A DNA stretch of 64,000 nt from an uncultured Haloferula sp. (GCA_965652295.1 CBFGTS010000005.1:160001-224000), one strand, 5' to 3'. Counted from the first letter of the stretch, positions 54,714-64,000 are shown. Notes: generated from the letters alone by a model not told the origin. Numbers and translations are program-made.

Positions 54714-56543
54714 ATGAAGCCACGACATCTGACACCCGTTCTTACCACCATCCTGCTTGGTAGTTCCGTCGCCTACGCAGAGACGGTCTCCCTCGATTCT
54801 CCCGATCGCCATCTGAAGCTGACGCTCGACATCGCCGACGACGGAGCCGTGACGCACGCGCTGACATTCGATGACCAACCGTTGATCCTGCCCTCGCCGG
54901 TCGGCTTCGAAGGCGGAAAGTTCTCCGGCGTGAAGCAGCGCGCGGAGAACTCTGTGTGGAAAACCGTCTGGGGCAAGCGCTCGGTGGTGCCCGACCGCTA
55001 CCGCGAGGCCACCATCGACCTCGGCAGCTACCAACTCCAGGCCCGCGCCTACGACGAAGGCGTCGCCTTTCGCTACGTCTTCCCCGACGCAAAACCGACC
55101 ACTGCCGAAACCACCGCCTTCAACTTCGCGGGCGACTACACCGCTTGGTATTACAACGGCGAAAACCACAACCTCGGCCCGGAAAAACTCAGTGCCGCCG
55201 GTGGCCAGCGCAAACCCGTCGCGACTTTCAAGACCGACAATGACCTCTACCTCGCCCTGCACGAGGCCGATCTCAGCGAGGGAGAGCCCTTGATCCTCGA
55301 AAGCAAATCCGGCGAAACTTCTCTCCGCGTCGCATCCAAGCCCAGCACCGCGTGGCGCGTCGTCATGTTCGGCCGCACGCCCGGCACGCTGGTCGATTCC
55401 CACCTCATCGAACTCCTCAATCCTCCGCCGCCCGCGGGCATGGATTTCTCCTGGGTCAAACCCGGCGTGGCTCTCTGGGACTGGCGCATCAACGGCGCAC
55501 AGGTGGACGGCTTCAAATACGAAATGTCCCTTCCGTCCTGGAAGCGCATGGTCGATTTCGCCGCGGAGAACCGCATCCCGCACCTCGTGCTCGATGCCAA
55601 CTGGTATGGTCCGGAATTCGGCCATGACTCCGACCCCGTCAAAGGTGGCAAGGTCGATCAGGTGAAAGAGATCATCGCCTACGGCAAAAAGAAGAACGTC
55701 GGCATCTGGCTCTACCTCAACGACATCGGCGGGCGTCAGTTCCCTCTTGAGGACACGTTGAAACAATACGGTGAGTGGGGTGCGGCCGGAGTGAAATACG
55801 GCTTCATGCGCGGCAACCCCGCGGAGAAGAACCAACGCACGCAGCTCATCACCGAGCTGTGCGCCAAGAACAAATTGCTCTGCAACTACCACGACGACCC
55901 CGTCCATCCTTATGGCCAAATGCGCACCTGGCCCAACGCCGTAACCCGCGAGTTCTGCCAGGCGCAGCTCGACGGCCATAAGATTTTCCAGCCCAAGACC
56001 TTCGTCACCAGCGTGTTCGTCAACATGCTCGCAGGCCCACTCGACATGAACAACGGCCTCGCCGACCTGACCCAGAAAGGCCGCGTCGATCACGGCGTGC
56101 CCGTGCCCTCCACACTCACCGCGGAGGCCGCTCGCACACTCATCGTGTTCTCCGGCGCGATCATCATCCCGGACATTCCGGAATACTATGAGAAGCATCC
56201 CGAGTTGCTCCGTTTCATCGCCGCCCAGCAGATGCCCTGGCGCGAGAGCAAGACGCTCGCCGGCGAAATCGGCGAATACATCGTCATGGCCCGCCAGGCC
56301 AAAGACGGCGCTTGGCTGGTCGGCGCCGCCACCAACGAATCGCCCCGCGAACTCGACGTGCCCCTGTCCTTCCTCCCCGCCGGGAAATACGAGGCGCTCG
56401 TGATCCAGGACGGCCCGAAATCTGATTACCGGACCCACGCCGAAGACTATCAGGCGGAGACGCGCGAAGTCTCTTCCACCGACACGCTGCACGTCAAATT
56501 GGCCCCCGGTGGCGGCGCCTGCGTTTTGATCAAAAGGCGCTAA
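54714..56543 (+). CDS. GH97 glycosidase, atypical (no Asp nucleophile)
   Basis: Start MKPRHLT; RAYDEGVAFRY, WVKPG, GVKYGF, RTWPNAVTRE, AGPLD and GEIGEYIVMAR. Confidence 0.9.
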   Translation: MKPRHLTPVLTTILLGSSVAYAETVSLDSPDRHLKLTLDIADDGAVTHALTFDDQPLILPSPVGFEGGKFSGVKQRAENSVWKTVWGKRSVVPDRYREATIDLGSYQLQARAYDEGVAFRYVFPDAKPTTAETTAFNFAGDYTAWYYNGENHNLGPEKLSAAGGQRKPVATFKTDNDLYLALHEADLSEGEPLILESKSGETSLRVASKPSTAWRVVMFGRTPGTLVDSHLIELLNPPPPAGMDFSWVKPGVALWDWRINGAQVDGFKYEMSLPSWKRMVDFAAENRIPHLVLDANWYGPEFGHDSDPVKGGKVDQVKEIIAYGKKKNVGIWLYLNDIGGRQFPLEDTLKQYGEWGAAGVKYGFMRGNPAEKNQRTQLITELCAKNKLLCNYHDDPVHPYGQMRTWPNAVTREFCQAQLDGHKIFQPKTFVTSVFVNMLAGPLDMNNGLADLTQKGRVDHGVPVPSTLTAEAARTLIVFSGAIIIPDIPEYYEKHPELLRFIAAQQMPWRESKTLAGEIGEYIVMARQAKDGAWLVGAATNESPRELDVPLSFLPAGKYEALVIQDGPKSDYRTHAEDYQAETREVSSTDTLHVKLAPGGGACVLIKRR

Positions 56544-56574
56544 GCCGGAAAAACATCCAATAACACTTCGACCC

Positions 56575-57570
56575 ATGAAATTCATCACCTCCATCGTCGC
56601 GGCCGCGTGTGCATCGCTCACCATCCTAACAGCCGCGCCATCGAACCTCGGCGGTTACCTGTTCGTCACTTTCCACGGTCAGGAAACTCCGATGGACGAG
56701 CAGATCTACTTCGCCCTCAGCAAGGACGGCCGCAACTGGACCGCCCTCAACGACACCAAGCCCGTCCTCGTCAGCGAACTCGGGGAAAAAGGCGTGCGCG
56801 ATCCCTACCTCCTGCGTTCGCATGACAAGAAGAAGTTCTACCTCGTCGCCACCGACCTCTCCTGGGCGCTCGACCGCAGCGTGAGCCGCGCCATCCGTGC
56901 CGGCAGCCGTTCCCTCGTGATCTGGGAATCGCCCGACCTCACCCGCTGGTCCGAGCCGCGCCTAGTCAAGGTCGCTCCCGACGACGCCGGCTGCGCATGG
57001 GCGCCCGAAGCTGTTTACGACGTGGAGAAAGGTGACTACATGGTCTTCTGGGCCTCCACGACCGGGCGCGACAACTTCGCCAAACACCGCATCTGGGCCG
57101 CCCGCACCAAGGACTTCAAGACCTTCGGCGAACCCTACATCTACATCGAGAAACCCAACACCATCATCGACACGACCATCGTCCACGACGGCAAAAGCTA
57201 CTACCGCTTCACCAAGGACGAGCAGGTCAAGGCCGTCACTCTCGAAACCAGCCCGGGGCTGACAGGTCCATGGACGAACGTGCCCGATTTCTCCCTCGGT
57301 CACCTCCGCGGCTACGAAGGCCCCGCGTGCTACATCGTGGAACCCGCCTCCGCCGGTAAACCAGCCACCTGGTGCCTCATCCTCGACCATTATGCCGCCA
57401 GGGGAGCAGGCTACGAGCCGTTCGTGACCCACGACCTCGCCAGCGGCCAGTTCACCCCCGGCGAGAACTTCACCTTTCCGTTCAAGTTCCGCCACGGCTC
57501 GGTCATCCCCGTGACGAAGGCCGAATACCAACGCTTGCAAGCCGCCTATCCCAGCACCTCCAGGAAGTAA
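56575..57570 (+). CDS. GH43 glycosidase, paralog of 39568 without CBM42
   Basis: GYLFVTF, RDPYL, WAPEAVYD, IIDTTI, EGP and RHGSV. Confidence 0.9.
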   Translation: MKFITSIVAAACASLTILTAAPSNLGGYLFVTFHGQETPMDEQIYFALSKDGRNWTALNDTKPVLVSELGEKGVRDPYLLRSHDKKKFYLVATDLSWALDRSVSRAIRAGSRSLVIWESPDLTRWSEPRLVKVAPDDAGCAWAPEAVYDVEKGDYMVFWASTTGRDNFAKHRIWAARTKDFKTFGEPYIYIEKPNTIIDTTIVHDGKSYYRFTKDEQVKAVTLETSPGLTGPWTNVPDFSLGHLRGYEGPACYIVEPASAGKPATWCLILDHYAARGAGYEPFVTHDLASGQFTPGENFTFPFKFRHGSVIPVTKAEYQRLQAAYPSTSRK

Positions 57571-57582
57571 TCCTGCCGTTTC

Positions 57583-58971
57583 ATGAAAACCAAACTCTCC
57601 CTTCTCGCAACTCTGTCGCTCACCGCACTACCGGCCGTCGCCGACCCGATGCCCGGCCGTGCCCCGCATTCGGCGAACCCCATCCTTCCCGGCTACTACG
57701 CCGATCCATCGGTCGTCCAGGATGATGGAAAAACCTACATTTACGCCACGCTCGACCCTTGGGGCGGCAAGACGCTCGGCTGCTGGGAGTCGTCGGATTT
57801 CAAAAACTGGACCTACCGCGTGCTGAATTGGCCCACGAAAGAAGCCTGCACCAGCCCCAAATCGGGATCGGCATGGGTCTGGGCGCCATCCGTGATCAAG
57901 GGCAAAGACGGCAGGTTCCACATGGCCATCTCCGTCGGCAACGAAGTCTGGGTCGGCGTGGCGGATCATCCGCTCGGTCCCTGGCGCAATGCCCTCGACG
58001 AACAGAAGCCGCTCATTCCTTTCGATTTCAAACCCGGCTTCCACATGATCGACGCCGAGTATTTCATCGATGACGATGGCCAGGCCTACCTCTACTGGGG
58101 CTCCGGCCACGGTTGGAAAAACGGCAAGTGCTGGCTGGTGAAACTCAAGCCGGACATGACCACCTTCGACGGCGAGGTTCTCGACGTGACGCCGCCCCAT
58201 TACTTCGAGGCTCCCGTCATGGTGAAACGCCATGGCAAATACTTCCTCATGTATTCGGACGGCAAGACGGTCGAGGACACCTATCAGGTCCATTACGCCG
58301 TGGCCGATTCGCCGTCGGGCCCCTTCGTGGAGCCCGACAACAGTCCGATCCTCGTGACCGACAAGGACGCCAACGTCATCAGCCCCGGCCACCACACCAT
58401 CGTTCAGCGCGACGGGCAGGACTACATCCTCTATCACCGCCACAGCATCCCGTTTGACAGAAAGTTCATCGGCCGCCAGATCTGCGCCGATCCGATCACC
58501 TTCACCGCCGACGGCCGCATCGAGAAAATCGAACCCACCCACCAAGGACCGGAGTTCGTTCAAGGCCGCGCCGAATCGAATGCCCCGCTCGTCGCCAACG
58601 CGACCATCACCTCATCCAGCGATGCCAACGAATTCACCAAAGCCGCCTTCGCGCTCGATGACAACTACGCCACCCGCTGGGCTCCCGCGGGCGATGCCAA
58701 AGGCGCATGGCTTCAACTCGATCTCGGTTCGGCTCAGGAAATCAAGCGCCAGCTCATCCGCCCCGAATACGCATGGAAATCCTACCGGTTCTCCATCGAG
58801 TCCTCGTCGGACGGAGAGACCTGGAGCACGATCGAAGACCACACCAAAGAGGCGGTCACCGGCTCGCCCATCATTTCCGAGAAACCCGTCTCAGCCCGCT
58901 ATCTGCGCCTCGTTTTCCCCCAGGACGTGAAAGGTTCCGACATCGGCATCTTCGAGTGGGCCGTTTTTTGA
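57583..58971 (+). CDS. GH43 glycosidase + F5/8 type C domain
   Basis: NPILPGYYADPS, VWAPS, IDAEYFIDDDG, FEAP and PGHH; WLQLDLG...ARYLRL. Confidence 0.9.
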   Translation: MKTKLSLLATLSLTALPAVADPMPGRAPHSANPILPGYYADPSVVQDDGKTYIYATLDPWGGKTLGCWESSDFKNWTYRVLNWPTKEACTSPKSGSAWVWAPSVIKGKDGRFHMAISVGNEVWVGVADHPLGPWRNALDEQKPLIPFDFKPGFHMIDAEYFIDDDGQAYLYWGSGHGWKNGKCWLVKLKPDMTTFDGEVLDVTPPHYFEAPVMVKRHGKYFLMYSDGKTVEDTYQVHYAVADSPSGPFVEPDNSPILVTDKDANVISPGHHTIVQRDGQDYILYHRHSIPFDRKFIGRQICADPITFTADGRIEKIEPTHQGPEFVQGRAESNAPLVANATITSSSDANEFTKAAFALDDNYATRWAPAGDAKGAWLQLDLGSAQEIKRQLIRPEYAWKSYRFSIESSSDGETWSTIEDHTKEAVTGSPIISEKPVSARYLRLVFPQDVKGSDIGIFEWAVF

Positions 58972-59011
58972 ACCACTCCCCATCCTCTCAAGCCAAGCGT
59001 CTCCCACTACC

Positions 59012-60658
59012 ATGACTCCGATCTCTCGTGCCGCGATCGCCGCGTTGCCGCTCTTCGTCTCCGTCGCCCAGGCCCAGCACGGCCAATCCACCTACGTCGT
59101 GCCCGAGGGCATGGTGAAGGGCGGACAGTTCATTGACCGTTTCCTGCCGATGAAGCCCAACGGCCCGCTGCGCTCCGACGTCTGGGGCGCGGACGCCGTG
59201 AAACCGCGCGACGTTGCCAACGGCGTCGAGGATGCGGAGTTCTCATACTGGTGCACCTCGGTGGTGAAAGACGAAGACGGCAAATACCACAACTTCGTCG
59301 TGCGCTGGCCGGAGAACACACCGAAAGGGCACTTCGAATGGCCGAACTCGGATCTCGTTCACGCGGTCGGCGACAGCCCCACCGGCCCCTTCGAGATCGT
59401 TCAAGAAATCGGTAAGGGCCACAACGTCACTGCCTATCAGGCCAAAGACGGCACATGGATCCTTTACATCATCGGCGGCTGCTACCGTGGCAAGTCGCTG
59501 GACGGACCGTGGGAACGCGGCAAACTGGAATTCGACACCCGTGGACGCACCGGAGTGGACATGACCAACTGCACCTTCGCGCAACGCAGCGACGGCAGTT
59601 ACCTGATGGTCAACCGCACCGGCGAGGTGTGGATCAGCAAGGACGGCAACAAAGACCCCTATCGCCGCGTCTCCAACCGCTCCGCCTATCCTCCGGTGCG
59701 CGGAGCCCGTTTCGAGGACCCGGTCGTCTGGAAGGACGACGTGCAATACAATCTCATCGTCAACGACTGGTTCGGCCGCGCCGCCTACTACCTGCGCTCC
59801 CGCGACGGCAAACACTGGGACTGGGACCAAGGTCTCGCCTACGGCCCCGGGATTTTCCGGCACGAGGACGGCAGGATCGAGGACTGGCACAAGATCGAAC
59901 GCCCGCGCGTGATCCAGGACGAACGCGGTCGCGCTACCCACATGCTCTTCGCCGTCATCGATTCGTCGAAGCATGACGACAAGCCCACCGACAACCACAG
60001 CTCCAAAGCGATCGGCGTCGAAATCACGCCACCCCGCACCGTGTTGGTCAAAAAGTCCGGCGACAAGTTCCTCGTCGCGCTCGAAGCGGAGGAAGGCTTC
60101 AACCCCGCCAAAGATGTCGATCCCGCCACTCTGCGCTTCGGCGCGCCCTCGAAAGTCGATTTCGGAAAAACCAGTGCACCGCTTTCGACGCGGATCCTCG
60201 GCTCGCGTCTCATCGCCGAGTTCGCCGCCGCCGATTGCGGGTTCGAACCCTCCGATCAAACGGCGAAACTGCTCGCCTCCGACCGTAGAGGCGGCCTCGT
60301 CTTCGGCTACGCGCCGCTGCCGGACGAACCGTCGGAATACCCGCTCCTGAGCGCCGACGGCCGCATCGATGTGAGTCCCGTTCAGGCGGGCTCCCGCACG
60401 CTCACCGTGAAGGTGGAGAACTTCGGCCTGGCGAAATCCCCCGCCACCGACGTCCGGCTGGCGATTCACACCGAGGGCAAGGAGCCGGAAACGTTTACCA
60501 TGTCGCTTCCGCCCCTGGATCCCTACGAAGCCGGAACGTTGAAATTCCGAGTGCCCGCCAACCTGATGCCAAGCGGTTCGACTCCGCACGTGGGAATCGC
60601 TGTTGGTGTCGAAGCCGCGGACCGAACGCTGAAGGTAGAGCTGCCGAAGCTGCCCTGA
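59012..60658 (+). CDS. Five-bladed-propeller glycoside hydrolase (GH43-like, unclassified) with CARDB/Ig-like tail
   Basis: Signal peptide; GGQFIDRFLPM, HAVGDSPTGPF, GHN, FEDPVVW and KIERP; VKVENFG tail. Confidence 0.75.
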   Translation: MTPISRAAIAALPLFVSVAQAQHGQSTYVVPEGMVKGGQFIDRFLPMKPNGPLRSDVWGADAVKPRDVANGVEDAEFSYWCTSVVKDEDGKYHNFVVRWPENTPKGHFEWPNSDLVHAVGDSPTGPFEIVQEIGKGHNVTAYQAKDGTWILYIIGGCYRGKSLDGPWERGKLEFDTRGRTGVDMTNCTFAQRSDGSYLMVNRTGEVWISKDGNKDPYRRVSNRSAYPPVRGARFEDPVVWKDDVQYNLIVNDWFGRAAYYLRSRDGKHWDWDQGLAYGPGIFRHEDGRIEDWHKIERPRVIQDERGRATHMLFAVIDSSKHDDKPTDNHSSKAIGVEITPPRTVLVKKSGDKFLVALEAEEGFNPAKDVDPATLRFGAPSKVDFGKTSAPLSTRILGSRLIAEFAAADCGFEPSDQTAKLLASDRRGGLVFGYAPLPDEPSEYPLLSADGRIDVSPVQAGSRTLTVKVENFGLAKSPATDVRLAIHTEGKEPETFTMSLPPLDPYEAGTLKFRVPANLMPSGSTPHVGIAVGVEAADRTLKVELPKLP

Positions 60659-60692
60659 TCCGGGGTACCGTCCGTGACTCCAGCCCTCTCAT

Positions 60693-60724
60693 CGCCGCCA
60701 ATCCCGATTGGCGGCGTTTTTGTT
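60693..60724 (+). terminator. Intrinsic terminator ending the glycosidase operon
   Basis: CGCCGCCAATC-CC-GATTGGCGGCG-TTTTTGTT. Confidence 0.85.
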
Positions 60725-60772
60725 GCCGTCCTGGTATACAATACCCATCACCAGCGGCTTCCTTCTGATCAA

Positions 60773-60788
60773 ACTTAACCGGACAAGT
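60773..60788. promoter_or_regulatory. Putative repressor operator, copy 3
   Basis: ACTTAACCGGACAAGT, an imperfect palindrome. Confidence 0.65.
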
Positions 60789-61032
60789 GACTTGAGTCTT
60801 GGATCTTCGGCTTTCCGGTTTCAATTGACATTCTCATCCAACGTTTTTTCCAGGTCATCCGATCACCTTGCCAAGACGCCGGCTTGCCCGGTCCACCCGA
60901 GGAGCGGACGCCCCACAACCCAAGCAATCATGGCCTACCAGGCCCACTTTGCCGTCACCCGCTTCGCGGCGAACTGGCTTCGTTCACCGGTGAGAGCCGG
61001 CCTTCAAACCCACGCTTGAAAACCCATCTTCG

Positions 61033-64000
61033 ATGATGTCCTCACTCATCCGATTCGCGATCGCCGCGTTCATCCTGGGCACCATGGTGCTCCCCGCCGG
61101 TGCCTTCACCCATCCGTGCATTCCCAACACCCTTGAGGAACTCGACACCATCAAGGCCAACTTGGACAAGCAACCGTGGAAGTCCGGCTACGCCGCGTTG
61201 GCGGCCGATGGACGGTCCCAGCTCACCTACATCATGGGCGGCCCCTACGAGGTGGTGAAACGCAACCCCAACGAAAATCTCTGGCCGTGGCGAGGCGACA
61301 TGATCGCCGTCTATAACCTCTCGCGCATGTGGTACTTCACCGGCAACGAGGCTTATGCGCAGAAGGCCCGCGACATTCTCGTGGCATGGGCGACCCACCA
61401 CAAGACCTTCGGCGGCAACGAGTCCGGCCTTGACCTCGGTGACTACGCCATCTGCTACGGCGGCGGCGCCAGCATCCTGCGCGGCACCTGGCCCGGATGG
61501 ACCCAGCAGGACACGCTTACGGTCCAAAACTACTTCCGGAATGTCCTCTGGCCGGCCACCGCCGCCCCCTACAAGATCTCCGGTCCCGCCAACAAAGGCT
61601 CCCTCAACGTCGTCGCCGGCGCGGTGATGGCCGTCTTCTGCGACGACACCGAAATGTTCAACCACGTCGTCGACACCTTCCGCAACTATCCGGGTGCCGG
61701 CCTGCCCAACATCCTGGCCACTGGTCAGATGGGCGAGACGGGCCGCGACATCGGCCACGGTTTCAACGACCTTTACGCCCGCACCCTCACCGCCGAGATC
61801 CTTTGGAAGCAAGGCGTCGATGTGTTCTCCGAATTGGACAACCGCCTGCTCGCCGCCGGGGAGTATCACGCCCGCAACACCTCGATGTGGGACACTCCCT
61901 TCGTTCCATACGGCACCGTCGACTATCATTACTATCAGAATGCGGCCTGGATGGTCAGCCAGAACCGGGGCGCCTATTATCTCCTGCAAAACGCCTATCG
62001 AAACCGCTTCGGCCTGCCAACGCCATGGATCGACCGGAAGATTCAGGAAGCAAGCGTGGACGGCGGCAACTTCATGTTCGCCAAGACGGCGGACTTTTCC
62101 ACCGCCACCCCGCCAGCACCCGATCCACGCCCGGAGGTTTCCCCCGCGTCGAGTGGCCTGACCCTGACCACCCTCGGCGGCCAGACCGCAGGACGCAGCG
62201 CCTCTTATTCCAACGGCGTGTGGACCGTCACCGGCCTCGGCAGCGGGGCCTGGACCGATGGGGCTGACGACGGCCAGTTTGTTTACAAAGAGATGACCGG
62301 CGACTGCGCGATGGTGGCCCAGGTCACCTCGGTTACCTGGTCGGGTTCACAAAACGGCAAAATGGGCCTGATGGTGCGTGACAATCTCGTCGGCACCGTT
62401 TCCCAGCGCTCCTGGACCGCGATCGTGCCCACCGAGTCCAATGGCAACCTGATCGAAGCCCACTCCCGCGGCTGGACCGTGACCTGGGGCGGAAAAAACT
62501 GGGCGGCCCGTGCACAGGGCCTTCCTCTCCCGCTGCCATACTGGCTCAAGATGGAGCGCAAGGGCAACGTCATCACCAGCTACGCCTCCCAGGACGGCAC
62601 CAGCTGGTCACCCACCATCAGCTCGGACTTCGGCAATCTTCCGCCCTCCGTCTATGTCGGCTTTTTCGTCTCCAGTGGAAACTCGACACCCAACACCGCC
62701 ACCTTCGAAAACGTGGCGTTTACCGGCGGCACCGGCGGCCTCGTGACAACCCCGGCGGCACCGGCTGCCATGCTCGCCAGCGGCTCAAACAAAGCCATCA
62801 CCCTCCGCTGGCTGCCCTCTTTCGGAGCCACTTCCTACGACCTGCTCCGCTCCACCACTTCGGGCAGCGGCTACACTGTCATCGCCAGCGATCTCGGCAC
62901 GGACAAGACCAGCTATGTGGACACCAACGTAGCCTCAGGCACCACCTATTACTACGTCGTCCGGGCGAAAAACTCCGCCGGCACCAGCGGAAACTCGCCC
63001 GAGTTCTACGCCGCCCGGCTTCCCGTGCCGTTGATCAACCTCGCCTTCAGCGGCACGGCCAGCGACAGCAACAACTCGGCCGCCACGAATACCGCCAGCG
63101 CTTTCGATCAGAACTTCGGCTCGTTCTGGTTTCACGGCGGCACCACCGGCTGGCTGCGGTATGACTTCGGCGTGAATTCCGCGCAGATCATCAAGCGATA
63201 CACGGTCGTCAGCGCGCCGCTCATCCCCGAGCGCGATCCGAAGGACTGGCAGTTCCAAGGCTCCAACGACGGCACCACCTGGACCACGCTCGACACGCAG
63301 ACCAATCAAACCTTCGAGTTCCGCGCCTACCAGAGGTTCTTTGACATCGGCAACTCCACCGCCTACCGCTACTACCGCTTGAACGTCACCGCCAACAATG
63401 GCGATGCCACTTTCCTGCATCTCAGCGAACTCGGCCTCTGGGGCGACAGCGGACGCACGGTGCCCGACGGCGACTACCGCATCGCCAGCCGCAACACCAA
63501 CAAGGTCATGGATGTGACCGGCGTCACCGACGGAGCAGCGGTCGTGCAGCAGACCTTCGACGCAGACGACAGCCAGCAATGGGCCCTCGCCTGGCAGGGC
63601 AACGGTTGGTACCGCGCCACCAACGTCGCCGCCACCAAGGCACTCGACAACAGCGGCAGCTCCAGCCCGGGTGGAAACCTGGTCATCCAGCCTTCGAGCG
63701 GAGCCACCAGCCAGCTCTGGAAGCTTACTCCCGACGGCGACGGCTTCTACCGCATCGAATCCGAAAACAGCGGCCTGGTTGCCGGCGTCAGCGGCGGCTC
63801 CACAGCCGATGGCGCGAACATCGTTCAAGAAACTTCCAATGGCAGCAACAGCCAGCAGTGGCTGCCCGGCCTCGCCGTCGAGCCGCAGCCGATCCCTCCC
63901 ACTCCGACAGGACTGCAGGGCTCGGCGGTTTCCATCAGCCAGATCGACCTCTCTTGGACAGCCAGCCCCGGGGCAATCAGTTACCGGATCAAACGCTCAG
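61033..64000 (+). CDS. Secreted alginate-lyase-like multidomain protein (lyase-like, beta-sandwich, Fn3, F5/8, ricin, Fn3...), 3' end runs off the window
   Basis: Not in the ORF track. Manual translation gives MMSSLIRFAIAAFILGTMVLPAGA-FTHPCIP...NENLWPWRGDMIAVYNLSRMWYFTG...GRDIGH...DNRLLAAGEY, and ricin-type SQQW motifs near 63.5-63.9 kb. Confidence 0.88.
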   Translation, partial: MMSSLIRFAIAAFILGTMVLPAGAFTHPCIPNTLEELDTIKANLDKQPWKSGYAALAADGRSQLTYIMGGPYEVVKRNPNENLWPWRGDMIAVYNLSRMWYFTGNEAYAQKARDILVAWATHHKTFGGNESGLDLGDYAICYGGGASILRGTWPGWTQQDTLTVQNYFRNVLWPATAAPYKISGPANKGSLNVVAGAVMAVFCDDTEMFNHVVDTFRNYPGAGLPNILATGQMGETGRDIGHGFNDLYARTLTAEILWKQGVDVFSELDNRLLAAGEYHARNTSMWDTPFVPYGTVDYHYYQNAAWMVSQNRGAYYLLQNAYRNRFGLPTPWIDRKIQEASVDGGNFMFAKTADFSTATPPAPDPRPEVSPASSGLTLTTLGGQTAGRSASYSNGVWTVTGLGSGAWTDGADDGQFVYKEMTGDCAMVAQVTSVTWSGSQNGKMGLMVRDNLVGTVSQRSWTAIVPTESNGNLIEAHSRGWTVTWGGKNWAARAQGLPLPLPYWLKMERKGNVITSYASQDGTSWSPTISSDFGNLPPSVYVGFFVSSGNSTPNTATFENVAFTGGTGGLVTTPAAPAAMLASGSNKAITLRWLPSFGATSYDLLRSTTSGSGYTVIASDLGTDKTSYVDTNVASGTTYYYVVRAKNSAGTSGNSPEFYAARLPVPLINLAFSGTASDSNNSAATNTASAFDQNFGSFWFHGGTTGWLRYDFGVNSAQIIKRYTVVSAPLIPERDPKDWQFQGSNDGTTWTTLDTQTNQTFEFRAYQRFFDIGNSTAYRYYRLNVTANNGDATFLHLSELGLWGDSGRTVPDGDYRIASRNTNKVMDVTGVTDGAAVVQQTFDADDSQQWALAWQGNGWYRATNVAATKALDNSGSSSPGGNLVIQPSSGATSQLWKLTPDGDGFYRIESENSGLVAGVSGGSTADGANIVQETSNGSNSQQWLPGLAVEPQPIPPTPTGLQGSAVSISQIDLSWTASPGAISYRIKRS

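Noticed and set aside
60930..61019. 29-aa ORF upstream of the lyase-like gene
   Set aside because: No leader-peptide features or attenuator structure seen; cannot be supported.
1..64000. Mobile elements, tRNA/rRNA, defence systems, exosortase
   Set aside because: No transposase, integrase, structural RNA or defence-gene motifs were recognised. The exosortase for the four PEP-CTERM proteins must be encoded elsewhere.

Overview
GC-rich bacterial DNA, most consistent with a Verrucomicrobiota genome (Luteolibacter/Haloferula-like). This taxonomy is inferred from the PEP-CTERM proteins, ECF/Ser-Thr kinase pairs, barrel-less autotransporter-repeat protein and SD-less C-rich leaders. Bases 1-25.4 kb form a signalling and cell-surface island: one ECF sigma/FecR-LamG anti-sigma pair, two ECF43-like (TIGR02999) sigma/Ser-Thr kinase pairs, four PEP-CTERM proteins, four exported proteins sharing an unnamed C-terminal domain (a fifth lies at 31.9-36.2 kb), and a Tat Gfo/Idh/MocA + DUF1080 pair. 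Bases 25.4-31.5 kb hold an AraC regulator, an SSS symporter, a DUF5107-TPR protein and a decayed GH2 remnant. Bases 31.9-64 kb are a large plant-glycan locus with no SusC/D: 4 GH43 plus one GH43-like propeller, GH51, GH3, GH31, GH29, 2 GH97 and 2 alginate-lyase-like multidomain proteins. Four candidate regulatory motifs can be read directly from the DNA: a back-to-back ECF promoter pair, a TGTCGG-N16-18-CG(C/T) motif in 5 copies, a palindromic operator in 3 copies, and a 21-bp-period AraC-type repeat. No rRNA, tRNA, CRISPR or mobile element was seen. Family calls come from motif recognition by eye, not database searches.
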